In this document: positions 27,552 to 41,161 of the stretch, in pieces
Layout: each line of letters begins with the position of its first letter
Position numbering within the stretch: position 1 is the first letter of the stretch
Origin: Flaccisagitta enflata
Lineage: Eukaryota
DNA: 64,000 nt
Assembly: GCA_965153355.1 (NCBI GenBank)
Contig: OZ231126.1
Location: forward strand, 17,112,001 to 17,176,000
Direction of reading: 5' to 3'
The notes under the pieces: generated by a model
The model's input: the letters and a program-made list of their open reading frames with translations, nothing else
Database searches by the model: none
What the model was told of the DNA's origin: nothing
Made by a program: the position numbers and the translations under genes

Positions 27552-28677
27552 TTTTTGGGCAACGGCCCCGAAAGGAGCCGATGACCTATGCTTTCACATA
27601 TGCAGGATTTTTCCTTCATCTCCTTCTCCTCCATCTCCTCCTCCGTCCCTCCCTCCCCCCCAAGGCTCAAATCCCAGCCTCGAGGCTCAATTTCCAGCCT
27701 CGAGCTCGAGAGGGTCAAATCCCAGTCTCAAATCCCAGTTTTAAGGCTCAAATCCAAGCATTTAGGCTTCAATCCCAGCCTTGAGGCTCAAATCCCAGCA
27801 TGGAGACTAAATTCCCAGCCTCAAAGCTCAAATTCCATCCTCAAAGTTAAATTCTGGTCTTGAGGGTCAAACCCCAGCATCAAGGCTCAAATCTCAGCCT
27901 CATGCCTCAAAACATACAGAGCGTTCATATTTTGAAGAAGCGGGAAGCGCCGCTTCTCGGAAGGTGAAGGAATTTGTTGGAAGATCTTGGAAGATGAAAA
28001 GAGAGAAAGAGAACAAGGCCGGATACACGCCAATACTAGTCGCGGACGGGTGGGCAGGGGCGGAAATGCGTTTTCACACTTTCCAACTCGATCACCGGAC
28101 CAACCAACCGACCAACCAACCAACCGAACGACGGACAGACGGACAAAACCTTTATAGAGTCGCTTGTCCGCGACTAAAAAGAGAAAGAAAGAGAAAAAGA
28201 GAAAAGAAAGAAAAAAAAGAAAAGAAAAGAAAGAGAGAGGCAATGAAAGAAACAAAGAAACAAACAAAACAAGATTAATAATGCAAGGGTCTCTGGAGTA
28301 CTAAGAGGTATTTTGACGGACACAAAAAAATCTGATTATTTGATTGAATCAAATCATTTTTCAAACGTTTTGCACAATCGATTCTATGTCATGGCTAATT
28401 TGGGTGAAAAAGAGATCTTGCATGTTGTTTAGTGAACCATTTTGCAACTTTTAACTAGGAAGGGCTACCAACAGACATGAAAATCTATGTCGGAAACTAA
28501 TGAGGCAGAAATTCTGCCTCTCGGAAGGTTTACAAAATATGAACGCCTGAATTAGACCCAAGATCAGGCCTCTAAGCTCCAAAACAAGCTTCTGAAACCT
28601 CTCAGACAATCACACATCCACATACATTCACATAGGGGCAACGGGTACCGCTGACCATCTAACGCTTTTGCGACTAT
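27552..28677 (+). mobile_element. HINE-like family D variant with nested family B copy (28012-28180)
   Basis: tttttgggcaacggcccc start, aggctcaaatcccagcct array, 3' gggcaacgggtaccgctgaccatctaacgcttttgcgact. Relative at 38531-38982. Confidence 0.65.
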
Positions 28678-29103
28678 CATTTATAAGAACGTCACTTTTT
28701 GGGCAATGTTCCTAAATTTTGGCAACTTCAAAGCTTAAACGTTTGTAAATTATTAATTTATTTAAAAACAGTTTTTTAACCTTAAATCAAAAATGTTCTT
28801 AATGGGTTTGAGTTTGTTTTCTGGGAATAAATGAAGGGAAATGTCAATCAAACTACAAAACAGCAGGTTTACACATTCTAAATGACTCAAGAATATGGAA
28901 ACATTCATAATTGCCCTCATTCTTTCATGGTCTTCATCATATACTATATAGTGATAAAACATAACTAATCCACTGTTGAGTCATCGAATCGTTGGAACTT
29001 CATTCAATAATAAAGCACGAGTTTGACGTCACTGAAATTGAGCAAACTCGTTGGGAATCATATCTAGCGCACGAGATCACGTTGTCTTCTAGAGCTAAAC
29101 TTA

Positions 29104-30022
29104 TTTTTAGATGCGTCCTCGCATCTCTATAAGAGGGTGTGTCCCTTGGTCTGAATGTCTGTCTGAATGTCCGTCCGGAACGCGAAATTTTTAAAATGCG
29201 ATTTTTAGGGTTTTCCCTTCATTTCTCTTTGTCTCTTCACGTCTCTTCTTGTCTCTTATATTTCTTATGTCTTTTTTGTCTCTTTTGTCTCTTTTGTCTC
29301 TCGTAGCTCCTATATGTCTCTTATGTCTCTTTACTCTCTTTCATCAGTTTCGTCTCTTTCGTCTCTTTCATCTCTTTTGTCCCTTTCGTCTCTTTTTCTT
29401 TTGTCTCTTTTGAGTATTTTGACTCTCATGGCTCCTATATTTCTCTTATGTCTCTTATGTCTCTTATGTCTCTAATGCCTGTTATGTCTTTTTTATCTCA
29501 TTGGTCTCTTAGGTCTCTTATGTCTCTTTATGTCTCTTCATGTCTATTCATGTCTCTTCATGTCTCCAATTTTTTCCTCATGTCTCTTCATGTCTCTTAA
29601 GGTCTCTCCATGTCTCTCCAAAGTCTCCATGTCCCTTCATGACTCTTTGTGGGAAGGAGGTGGGGGGGATGAGGGAATGGGGAGGCGTGGGCGGGGATGG
29701 GGAGGTATGGGGTGGATGAGGAGGCGTGGGGGGTTGGGGAGGCGCGGGGGGTGTGGAGGCGTGGTGGTGTGGAGGCGTGAGGGTGAGGAGGCGTTGGGGG
29801 GGGGGGGTTGGGGAGGCATGGGGGGTTGGTGAGGCGTGGGCGGTGGGGAGGCGGGGTGAGGGGTGAGGTAGTAATTAGTTTATATTTTTATGTTTATCTC
29901 AATATTTCAATATCTTTACATCTTCTTATCATTATATCTTGATATCTTTACATCTTGATAAATTGTATTTTGATATTTTACATCTCAAGAGGACGTATCT
30001 ATTGGACATCTCTTGGCCTTAT
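29104..30022 (+). mobile_element. HINE-like family C element
   Basis: tttttagatgcgtcctcgcatct hairpin, tgtctctt array, G-rich block, subTIR gaggacgtatcta, end ttggccttatt. Relatives at 46406-46684 and 49484-49989. Confidence 0.72.
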
Positions 30023-30068
30023 TAAAGATTAAAAGATTAATTCCTCCTCATTTCTTGCACGTGTGCAG

Positions 30069-30169
30069 AGCGTGTGATCGTTTGCGAGGTAACGAATGAT
30101 TCGTCGCGCGGGGAAGTTTTAAAAGCTCAACTACGCGTTTTGGACTGGAAAAATGACGCAGATACCATC
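30069..30169 (+). CDS. ush: Coding exon C; C-terminal part of PR-like domain
   Basis: tgcag acceptor, GTAAGT donor (30170). 101 nt, phase 1/0: (E)RVIVCEVTNDSSRGEVLKAQLRVLDWKNDADTI; D-x-x-x-G-E-x-L resembles the PR/SET DIxxGEEL motif. Confidence 0.82.
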
Positions 30170-30173
30170 GTAA

Positions 30174-30213
<40 letters not shown>

Positions 30214-30393
30214 CAGAGAAAAAAAAATTCTACCTTTCCTTTATCTATTTTTCTTTCTTTCTTTTTCACTTTCATTCCTTCTCTCCTCCTTCCCTTCCTT
30301 CCCTCCTTCCTTCCTTAGTTTCTTCCTTCCTTCCTTCCTTCCTTCCTTCCTTCCTTCCTTCTTTCCTTCCTTCCTTCCTTCCTTTCTTCCTTC

Positions 30394-30440
<47 letters not shown>

Positions 30441-30565
30441 TGTGTGTGTGTTTTTGTGTGTGTGTAAATGTGTGTGTGTGTCTGTGTCTTCCTTTCTATT
30501 TTTCTTTCATTCCTTTTTACTTCTTTCCTTTCCCTTCCTACCTTCCTTCCTTCCTCCTTCCTTCC

Positions 30566-30614
<49 letters not shown>

Positions 30615-30851
30615 TGTCTGTGTCTGTGTCTGTGTGCGTGTGTGTGTCTGTGTGTGAGTGTTTGTATTTTCGTGTGTTTAATAGACACACTATTTATATG
30701 TGTCATGTGTGTCAATGTGTGTGTCTGTCTGTGTGTCTGTTTTCTGTGCATTCCTCTTTGCGTTCTCCTTGCTTTTTCGCTGGCGACGGAAATGCCAAAG
30801 GTTGTTGACCAAAACTTGATTGAATTTACTGATGATGTTTTAATATTCCAG

Positions 30852-30912
30852 AAAACGGCATCAACCGTGGGAGCGAGGAACTCCTGCAGAGGACATTCAC
30901 TCGTTGTTCCTA
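30852..30912 (+). CDS. ush: Coding exon D (short linker)
   Basis: ttaatattccag acceptor, GTAAGT donor (30913). 61 nt, phase 0/1: KTASTVGARNSCRGHSLVVP. Supplies the 0-to-1 phase change needed between exon C and the downstream phase-1 exons. Confidence 0.72.
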
Positions 30913-30956
30913 GTAAGTGGAAAAAATTGATTAAGTGAAACCCCCTCCTCTCTCTC

Positions 30957-31015
<59 letters not shown>

Positions 31016-31032
31016 TGTTGTTGTTGTATGTA

Positions 31033-31075
<43 letters not shown>

Positions 31076-31408
31076 ATCATTTTAACTCTTTCTGATTCAA
31101 ATCATTATGTCACAAATGAAGATAAGGTTCATTTTACGCTCATTGATTCAGAAGGAATCAAATGACAATGATTGCTGAAGGGCGATGGGAACCATGATGC
31201 CAGTGGCGGAAGTGATGTTTGCCGCAGTAGTTGGAAAAGTCAAGGCCGGGAACACGGCACCAGCGTCGCGTACGGTTGGGCAGGGGCTGTAATGCAAAAA
31301 CTGCTTGCATTTCAAAACTGTGACAGATGGACGGACGGAGGGAAAGACCGACAGATGGACCAACTGACCGTCCAACACGACAAGGTGTAGAGTCGCGTGT
31401 CCGCGACT

Positions 31409-31700
<292 letters not shown>

Positions 31701-31720
31701 AGAGAGAGAGAGATTGAGAG

Positions 31721-31825
<105 letters not shown>

Positions 31826-31829
31826 AAAA

Positions 31830-31890
<61 letters not shown>

Positions 31891-32688
31891 GTCAGGTCAG
31901 TCAGGTCCGTCAGGTCCATCAGTTCTTAGGTCCGTTCGCCATTCTGTTGGTCCATAACTGTGAAAACAGCAATTGAGATGCTGCGTGTGTGTGGAGAGGG
32001 GTTGTACACCCCTGCCCGCCCATCCGCGGTGATAATGTACCCCCGCGTTACTTGCTTCAAGGATGCCACCTGCGCAATCTTGTGGCATGCCCTCTTATCT
32101 TTTCCACCACAAACATGATCATAGATAGAAACAAGTAACTCGGGGTTACAACCTACAATATCCTTTCGGACGAGGGGCATGGGCAGGGGCAGGGGTGGAA
32201 ATACACGTCTTTACACTTTTCGACACAATAATCTCGGACCAACGGGTGGATCGATGTACGGTTCGACGGTCAGACAATGCCTCTTATTAAAGAGTTGCGC
32301 GTCCGCAACCAATAACAATACCAATTTTGTGAATGTACAGAGAACTACAGAGGGAATGATCAAAAAAATAATTGAAAAAATAAAGGTTTTACAAAAAGAT
32401 GATTAAAGGAATGTGGAAAGGCATGACAGGTAGAAGGAATAAAAAAAAACGGTACAATTCACCGACCGATCGACCAAATTTAATAGATGAGTGATTGTAT
32501 GATTGTCTTAACAATTGAAAAGGTTATTGATTTGAATTCTAAGGCTGCTTGCAATCTGACTACTCGACAGGGATTAAATCGACACATTCATCTTTTCAAT
32601 TTAACAAACGGACCAAACCACCAACGCGACAGCAAATGGAGTGTAGTCTATCGACGTCGAAGCAGAAGGCTCTTGATGCCGTTTTAAG

Positions 32689-32778
32689 ATTTTTCCGATG
32701 ATGGCGCCTCTCGGCGGTGTTTTGACTCAGACTCAGGCTCAGACTCAGATGACGATGTCAGCGCCATCGTGAAACGAG
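32689..32778 (+). CDS. ush: Probable coding exon E (acidic Asp/Ser linker); 3' boundary uncertain
   Basis: gttttaag acceptor; phase-1 entry reads (N)FSDDGASRRCFDSDSGSDSDDDVSAIVKR. Frame-preserving donors are weak (GTCGAA 32779 or GTGAAA 32806); the stronger GTTAGT (32802) is phase 0. Confidence 0.5.
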
Positions 32779-32817
32779 GTCGAAGAGAGATTATCCAATA
32801 TGTTAGTGAAATAACCA

Positions 32818-32920
<103 letters not shown>

Positions 32921-33216
32921 TTGCTGATAAATATATATGATATATATATATAACGAGACTATGGACGTGGACACAAAACAAAGATAAAGTTACGAATATC
33001 TGTCATATACCCGAGAGATATTCCTTCATTTATACTTCCTATAAATGTACTGTCTAGATTATGAAGATTCGAGAAATAATCATTCAACATCGCTTTTTTT
33101 ATAAGAACCTAGTTTATAAGAACATCAAGGCTTCGAATGGCCCTAAAATTAAGAACATCTTAAGAAATACAAAGGCTTCATAGCTTGAAAAAAAATTTCG
33201 CTTAAGGTGATATTAA

Positions 33217-33621
33217 AACAAGCCCAAGAGGGCAACAGTCGCGTGCGTCTGGAAATGACGAACAAAAGGCCGTGCGATATGTATTGATACAACGTCGATA
33301 CGATATCGAGACGATATCGATACAATATCGATACACTACAATACCCAAAGTACCCAAAAATACCCAAAAATACCCAAAAGTACCCAAAAATATCCAAAAA
33401 TATCCAAAAGTACCTTAAATTACCCCAAGTACCCAGAACAACTGAAGTACCCTTAAGTACCCTAAAGTACCCTGAAATACCCTAGAGTACCTCAGATTAC
33501 CTTTAAAAACCTTAAAAAGTCATGATTTTAGAAATGTGACGGACGGACCAATGGACGGACCGACCTACCAACCTACCGACTGACACGGCAAGGTGTAGAG
33601 TCGCGTGCACGCGACTAAAAA
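33217..33621 (-). mobile_element. HINE-like family A element with tacccaaaaa array
   Basis: Ends aacaagcccaagagggcaacagtcgcgtgc and gtagagtcgcgtgcacgcgactaaaa; lies within a TA-target MITE at ~33091-34091. Confidence 0.7.
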
Positions 33622-33670
33622 CATTAAGAAAACCTCTGAATTTTAGTATAATTAATATGATATTTTATGA

Positions 33671-33891
33671 TTTTTAGTCGCGTGCTACGCGACTCTACAC
33701 CCCGCTTTGTCGGTCCGTCTGTCGGTCTATCGGTCCGTCGGTCCGTCGGTCCGTCCGTCGGTCTGTGACACTTTACTTTTTTTTTTTTGCGGTTTTTGGC
33801 CTTACTGCTCCTGCCCAAATGATCTGGTGACCTCAATTATGGCCCCTGCCCACCCGCACGCGACTGGGGTAGCTCTGTATCCGGCCTTGTT
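33671..33891 (+). mobile_element. HINE-like family A element, short form
   Basis: tttttagtcgcgtgctacgcgact...gcacgcgactggggtagctctgtatccggccttgtt; close copy at 40914-41140, relative at 59298-59484. Confidence 0.8.
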
Positions 33892-34484
33892 AAATAAAGA
33901 TCATGAAAATATTCGTAGACTTTAATGATTAACATTTGTTTTAACAGTATTTGATAGAAATATATTTACTACAATTGAGTAATAGTATAGTATAAGGTTT
34001 CCTATAGTTTATATTGTAATTCAATTGGTCTTGAAAATAAGAACATGAAGCCTTCAAAAAAAAATGACGCTCTTATAAAAAAAAGAGTGTATGGACTAAA
34101 GACGTGGAGACAAAACAAATATACCTGTCGTATACCTGAGAGATACTCCTTCCCCTAAAGGTTACTGTCCTTAGTTCACACTGTTTTGTAACGAGGAACA
34201 GAGATTAAGGGAGAGAGCATATAAGCAGTAGCAGCGGCATGAAATCAGATAAGAACGTGACAAAGATTTTCGCCCCTGGCGGCAACCCAAGATAATTCAA
34301 TGTGATATTGAATGTGCTACTTGATAAGCCGATACAATTGGTTTTGAACATCGCATATAGAGAGCAAGGATTTGTTTTACATCAGCGATGTTGAATATTT
34401 ATTAGTGTTTAACTCAATATGACAATATCCATGTATTGTTCCTTTTCTCCATCCCCCCTCTCTGTTCTTACTCACTCCCGACAG

Positions 34485-34937
34485 CTTCCTCCACACATAC
34501 GTCATTCGCCGCCGCCGTTTCTTCTTCCTCCTCTTCCCCACCATCGCCAGCGGCACTTCCGGCGCCTTCCTCTCCTACGGCGCCGATTTCGTTGCCGACA
34601 CTTCCGGCGATCGGCGCTCCCAAAATCCCGGCGCTTCCACCGGCGGCTTTACTTCCGCCAAGAGAACATTTGTCGGCGGCTCGATCGCCCGTCACTCCCG
34701 AACTCAGTCCCAGTTCGTCGATCATCTCGGCGGAAACTTCGCCCCATCTCCATTCCGCCGCCGCTGCCGCCGCCGCTGCTGCTGCTGCGGCGGCGGCCGC
34801 TGCTGCTACCGTGAATCCGAATCTCAACTCGGAAAACGCCGCATCGGCCGCCGTCGCCGCGGCTACTCTTAACAGCGTCGCGGCCCTCAGCAACGAAGTT
34901 CTGCTACTGCCGCGTTTCCCCGCGGCTCCTGAGCGAA
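34485..34937 (+). CDS. ush: Coding exon F; Ser/Pro-rich region with 17-Ala tract
   Basis: Long pyrimidine tract + acag acceptor, A|GTATGT donor. 453 nt, phase 1/1, same frame as ORF 34436-34957. GC-rich; poly-Ala uses mixed GCC/GCT/GCG codons. Confidence 0.85.
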
Positions 34938-37900
34938 GTATGTCTGAGTCATTTTGAATACTAGCCTTACCTACTAACTACTCCTCCTCCCTCCTTTCTT
35001 CCTTCCATCCTGTCTTCGTTTCTTCCCTTGCTTCTTTCCTACATTTCTTCCTCCCTCCCTTTCTCCTTTGCTTCTTTCCTTCCTTACTTCCTTCCTTTCT
35101 TCTTCCCTTCCTTCCTTTCTTCTTCCCTTTCTTCTTTCCTTCTTTCTTTCCTTCCATCATTGCTTCCTTCTTCCCTCTCTTACATCTTTTTCCCTTTCCC
35201 GTCCTGACTTGCTCTCTATCTTCTCCTCTTCCTCCCTTCGCTCCTTGGCTCCTTCCCTCCTTCATTCCTTCCCACCTTTCTACCTTCCTTCAGTTCTTCA
35301 TTTCTTCTTTTCTCCCTTTCTTCCTTCCTAATTCCTCCATTCGCTCCTTCTCTCCTTTCTGCCTTCTTTCCTCCCTCCCTCCCTCCCTCCCTCTCTTCCT
35401 TCTTCTCTGCTTCCTTGTTTCAACCCTTCTTTCCTCCCTCCTATCCGTCCTTCCATCCTTCTTTTCTGCCTAACTCGCTTATCTTGTTTCCTTTCTTCTT
35501 TCATCCTCGTCTAAAACACAGTGACCCAAAATATGGAATTCATTGAGGGCGTTCAGTCGTGAACCTGTTACAGCCGCTTTCAATCTTGCGCCGCACCCCA
35601 TATTCTGGGGTGAGATTTAACCCCCGGGGTTGCTCAGGGTTGAACCTTGAGTCAACCCCGAGCAACACAAGCTCGGGATTGCTTGGGGTTTGTTGGGGTT
35701 GCTCGAGGTTGCTTGGGGTTTCTTGGGTTTGCCTTGTTTGGAGCAATGACTACACTAAGGACACAATAAACAATAACATCAACCCCGAGCAACCCCAAGC
35801 AAAACCCGAGCGATTCCGAGCAACACTGTTTACGTTACAGATTACCTGGTGCGCCGTTTTATAGTAAGGCCGGATACACTTGCGCATATGCGGGTCCCGT
35901 AAACTTTACCGACTTATTCCCTCATTTAATTTAAAGCCCGCGCGCTTGTAGAGAAATCGCTTGAAACCAGTGAATTGTAAACTCAGAATGGAAGAAACGT
36001 TTCACGATCAGTCTGAACAGAACCATAAAACAGAATTAATTAAAAGAAAAGTTGCGATGGCTGAATTTCCCTCACAATGGGGAAGCCAAGCGTTTTTTTT
36101 TTCTGTGCAGAAACAGTTGGTTTTTTTTTTCTTTTCAATTCACTTTATTGTTAGAAAACGCAGCGTGGTCTTGATAAATTATGGATCTTAAGTCTTACTT
36201 TACAAGTCGTGTGCACGCGACTCAATAACCCGCTTTGTGGATCAGTCTTAATTTAGGGACGCGTGAGGCAGCGGACGGGAAGGCGGGAAGGCGTTTGTAA
36301 TTGGTCTGTGACTATTCATGACCATTTATTTTTCGCAAGACGCCTCAGTCTTTCTCTTCGTTTTCAATTTTGGTTAAAAATGGGATCTTGTTCCACTGGA
36401 CGTTGTTTCACTGGATTTGTGCCCCACTGAGATTGCTGTCCCACTAAGATTATTGCTCCGCTGGATATTGTTCCATAGGTTATTCTTTCAATGGATATTT
36501 AAACGAATAGACACACCCATAAAATGAAAGAGTAGCGTGCAGGTAGGGTGAGGAAAATATCGGTGATATTGATGGTTCACGGTGTCTAGTTTTTGGTTAA
36601 CCCAAAACTTTTGCAAACACTGATAGTAGGTTACCCATTTTTCCCATCACATCTTTATAACGTGAAATTCGTCAATGTTCGGCAGAAAAGACAATGTGTA
36701 CTAGAAGAACGCTGATAGTAATAGTAGGCGCGTGTGGCCGTGGCTACTATGCAGTATGTAGAGACGCCCATAATCCACATACAGCGGCCTAAAGAGTCGT
36801 GTGCATACGTCAGAAAACAGAAAAATAAGTGCATGACCGAGAATATTCTTTTCAGAGAGCTTATTTCAGAGTTGCTCTTTCTCTTTTGATATTCATGAGG
36901 AACGAGAAAGGAGCCATACATGAATGAAACAGGCGTAAACAGACAGTGAACAAAATATCAGGGAAGGAAACATACATGAATGAAACAGGCGTAAACAGAC
37001 ATTGAACAAAATTTCAGGGGAAGGAAACATACATAAATAAAATAAGCATAATCAGTAAAGTGAACAAAATGTCTTCGCACAGGTGCTTGTTGGATCTTCC
37101 TGTTCATCAACTAGTAATTAAATGATTAACTGACCCGGGTTTACAATATCGTCGCGGACGTGTGGGCAGGGGCTTTCACCCTCCTCCGAACACACAAAAT
37201 CACAACTACAGCATCAACAAGTGATGCGGGGTGACAATATCATTGCGGACGGGTGGGCAGGGGCATCAATACCCTTCCCAACCCCATGCTCACACACACA
37301 CGTTCAATCTTAACTAACAGCATCATAATAGCGCGTTTTCACACTTTTCGACTCAATCATAACGGATGAACCTATGGACAGTCCAACGGGCTGATGGACC
37401 GACAGACGGACGGCTGTTGACCTAAGGGCACTGCAAGTGTCGTAACACGATAACAGAAAGAACTTAAAAAACGAAAAACATATACGATACAAAAAAATAT
37501 ATAAATTTTCCACTTCATTAAACTGCCCATCATTCAGAAATGAAGAAGAGAAAATAGTATTAAGTCAAGTCTGTGGCCTGGAATTTTAGGGAAACTAGCG
37601 GAATTTCAGGGCTCAGCTCTGCCAGTTTTTGCAAAAATAGCAAAAAAGAAAGACATAAATCATCCCATATTTAGATCACTATCAATGACATAGTGTGAAG
37701 ATTACTATCGTAAGTTTCCTACTTTGCCCACCGGTTCTTGAAATGAAAGCAGCCTAGAAATAAGAATATGACGCACTGAAAATTACCATCAAATTTGCTA
37801 CCCAAGCCAGATGGATCATGAATCATATAAAATGAAATTTGATGAAAAATTTTGCTTTGATGTTTTCAATTAAACTGTCAACATACATATTTTGCATAAA

Positions 37901-38530
37901 TTAACTTGCATATGCTAGTTTTAATCTCAAATCCTTCATTTTGCAGCTGAAAAAAACATGCGAAATGCAATAAAAAAGTAGTTTTGTTAATGTACCATGG
38001 CCCACTGAAAATTTTAAATTTGCATAGAAAATCAAAATATCAACAAAACAAGAACATAGCGCGATTCCTAGATCATTTGCTGAGCGCGCTATGTTCTTAG
38101 TTTGTTGATTTTTTGATTTCCTATGCAAATTTAAAATTTTCAGTGAGCAGTTGCTGAAATGATTGTTATCATTTTCTTTACTTTTTTGTGACATCAAAAA
38201 CGAGTTTCCATCGATTTTTTTGCATATAAGTCATCTGACAGCCACAGATTGGTTTCCACATATATGTATGCATATCTAATTTTTTAAATGAAAACAGAAT
38301 CATGGATCAAACCAAAATGGAAAAGCGATTGTTAACTTTGTCCTCCGGGTAAACTCTTACTGATTTACTTTCAGTGTGTCATATCGGTCTGTTATCTGGA
38401 TGCACGATTGTCGATTGTCACGCCTGCATGAGGCACACGTACACTCACACACACACACACACACTAAAAAAAAGAAGGTTAAAGCTCAACCTTTTGACCG
38501 ATTTCAATTAAGTTTCCTTCTCTGTCCCCC

Positions 38531-38982
38531 TTTTTGGGCAGCGGCCGCAAGGGGCCGATGACCTATACTATGACACATATGGGAGACTTTCTGCTCCTTC
38601 TCTTTAGCTTCTCCCTTCTTCTCCTCTTTCCCCCCCCTTCCTGGTTTTGGAGTCTCGAAGCTCAAATCTCAACCTCAAGGCTCAAATTCCAGCATTAATT
38701 CCTGGCTGTAAAACTTAAATCCCAGCCTCAAAGCTTAAAGCTCAGTGTTGACGCTCAAGTCCCAGCTTTAAGGCTCAAATCCTAGCCTAGGGGCTCAAAT
38801 GAAACGCCAGCCTTGAAACTCAAATCCTAGCAACAAGGCTTAAATAACTTGAAAAAAGAAGATTATTTCAGCATAAAAGCATAGAACATCAGCACCGAGG
38901 CGGACACCTCTTTTACTATCTCATTTCTGAAATATATTATGGAACAACAGGTATCGCTGACCATCTGACGCTTTTGCGACTT
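38531..38982 (+). mobile_element. HINE-like family D variant
   Basis: Same termini and array type as 27552-28677. Confidence 0.65.
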
Positions 38983-39015
38983 TTCTTTCCTTTCTTTTTT
39001 CGGGACTATCTCTAG

Positions 39016-39123
39016 ATTACCAATGCGCCCTCTGCGGTATCAAATTCTCCAGCAGCTCGACTTTGGACGCCCACGTCTCGTATTACTGCTCACGACGGAA
39101 AAGACCAGCTCTCAATGAAACGA
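39016..39123 (+). CDS. ush: Coding exon G; FOG-type CCHC zinc finger
   Basis: tctctag acceptor, A|GTAAGT donor. 108 nt, phase 1/1: (N)YQCALCGIKFSSSSTLDAHVSYYCSRRKRPALNET = C-x2-C-x12-H-x4-C with the CxIxF...LxAHxxYYC signature of FOG/Ush GATA-binding fingers. Confidence 0.93.
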
Positions 39124-39142
39124 GTAAGTTGCAATTATGTAG

Positions 39143-39351
<209 letters not shown>

Positions 39352-39358
39352 GAGAAAG

Positions 39359-39398
<40 letters not shown>

Positions 39399-40122
39399 CG
39401 CAAAACGAATGTGCAAATAGATACCTAGAAGGTGAGGCAAACACACACTAACACGTGCGCATGCAAACCGCAAAAGAAAAAAAAAGTTGGGAATTGGAAT
39501 TGGAAAAGACTCTGACTACAAAAGAGGTCTGAGTAGGCGATTTGTTACCGTTATCTTCAAAGAGAGAAACAGTGAAAGATAGATAACGCAAACAGAGAAA
39601 CGTGGAATCGAAAATGGTTATTAGCTTTTGCAATTTGTCTTTTGTATGTGGATCACTGATGATATCATGCAGGAACTCATTTGTATGTACCGTATTTTTT
39701 CCATTTAGCGCCCCCCCTCCAATTAGCTTATGTTGTCATGTCAGAGCTCTTCTCTGACCTCATTCTGCTGGAACCATATGTCGGCCCTATCATCTTTCAT
39801 CTAACAGTACCATCTAGGAAATATGTTTGGAAACCCCTTTGAATAGAAATATCTCAACTTCTTGTTTTGATAAGTAAACAGAATCATGAGCATTTTATTC
39901 AACGTCGAAAAATCTAAGATAGTTTGAATGTGATCATGTGTCATGTGTCATGTGGTCACGTAACAAAGACAGGACAAAAGTCTCGTATGGTTGGGCGGGG
40001 GCAGTATTACAGGAACACAGAACTACAGTACAAAAGTATTTTACACTTACATACCTTACAATGACATAAAACACAACCAAAAACTATGGGTCACGAAATA
40101 GCAAGGTGTAGAGTACGCATGT

Positions 40123-40456
40123 CAGAGTGCCGGAATTGGCTGAAATTGGCTTTCCCCCTGCCATCATCTGTTTTCTTTGCCTAAATGCTCTAAAATGAGC
40201 CGTCGCGCGATTTTCAAATCGATCAGGAACCATCGTTAGGGTGACCATGAAGTTTCAATAGATATCTATGGCGGAGGAAAAATTTGCATGATAAAAATAT
40301 TGATTCCAATGCTAATTCAATACAAACTTCAACCACTCCCTAACGATGGTTCCCGATCGAATTGAAGGTCGCGCAACGGCTCGTTTGAAAGGAATTTTGC
40401 AAAAGAAAACAATGAGGGTGGGGGGAAAGCCAGTTTCTCCCCTATTTGGCACCCTG
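40123..40456. mobile_element. Probable hAT-type MITE
   Basis: cagagtgcc..ggctttcccc / ggggaaagcc..ggcaccctg inverted ends; TSD not clean. Confidence 0.5.
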
Positions 40457-40913
40457 ACACACGTAGTGTAGAGTCGCGTGTCCACGACTAGCAAAATAGG
40501 GATTTCTTTTTTAGTTGCGGACACGCAACTCTATAAGAGGCTTTGTCCGTCCGTCCGTCCGTTGGTTGGTCGATTGGTTGGTCGGTCCGTGGACACGAGT
40601 CGAAAAGTGAGGAAACGCGCATTTCCGCCCCTGCACACCCGTCCGCAACTGGTGGCCGTCTATCTGGCCTTGTTCTCCTACCCTTTCATCTATGATATGC
40701 TCAAATTTTACCAAAAAGATGATAATAACGGATTGCACCACTGGTTAACGCTCGAGCTCTAGTTTTTCAATCTCGTGGGTTTTTAATCAGATTTAAAAAG
40801 AAGTAACCCAATTTTGCCGCTGAAATAACCAAAATCTTCTATCTTTACCCCAGCCACCTCTTACATGTGATAAACAAACGAAACCCGCAGTCCCTAGATT
40901 GGAGTGTAGATAG

Positions 40914-41140
40914 TTTTTAGTCGCGTGCTACGCGACTCTACACCCCACTTTGTCGGTCTGTCTGTCGGTCCGTCCGTCGGTCCGTCCGTCGGTCCGTCCG
41001 TCCGTCCGTCCATCACACTTTACTTTTTCGGCGTTAATGGGGGTTTTGGCCTCTTTGCTCCTGCCCAAATGTTCCACTGACCTCAATTATGGCCCCTGCC
41101 CACCCACACGCGACTGGGGTAGCCGTGTATCCGGCCTTGT
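40914..41140 (+). mobile_element. HINE-like family A element, short form
   Basis: Close copy of 33671-33891. Confidence 0.8.
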
Positions 41141-41161
41141 TCTCTTTTGTTCTAGTTAATA

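Noticed and set aside
34468-34893. Minus-strand 141-aa Ala-rich ORF and the +1-frame Arg/Pro ORF 34419-34814
   Set aside because: Shadows of GC-rich exon F; splice signals and phase support the 34436 frame.
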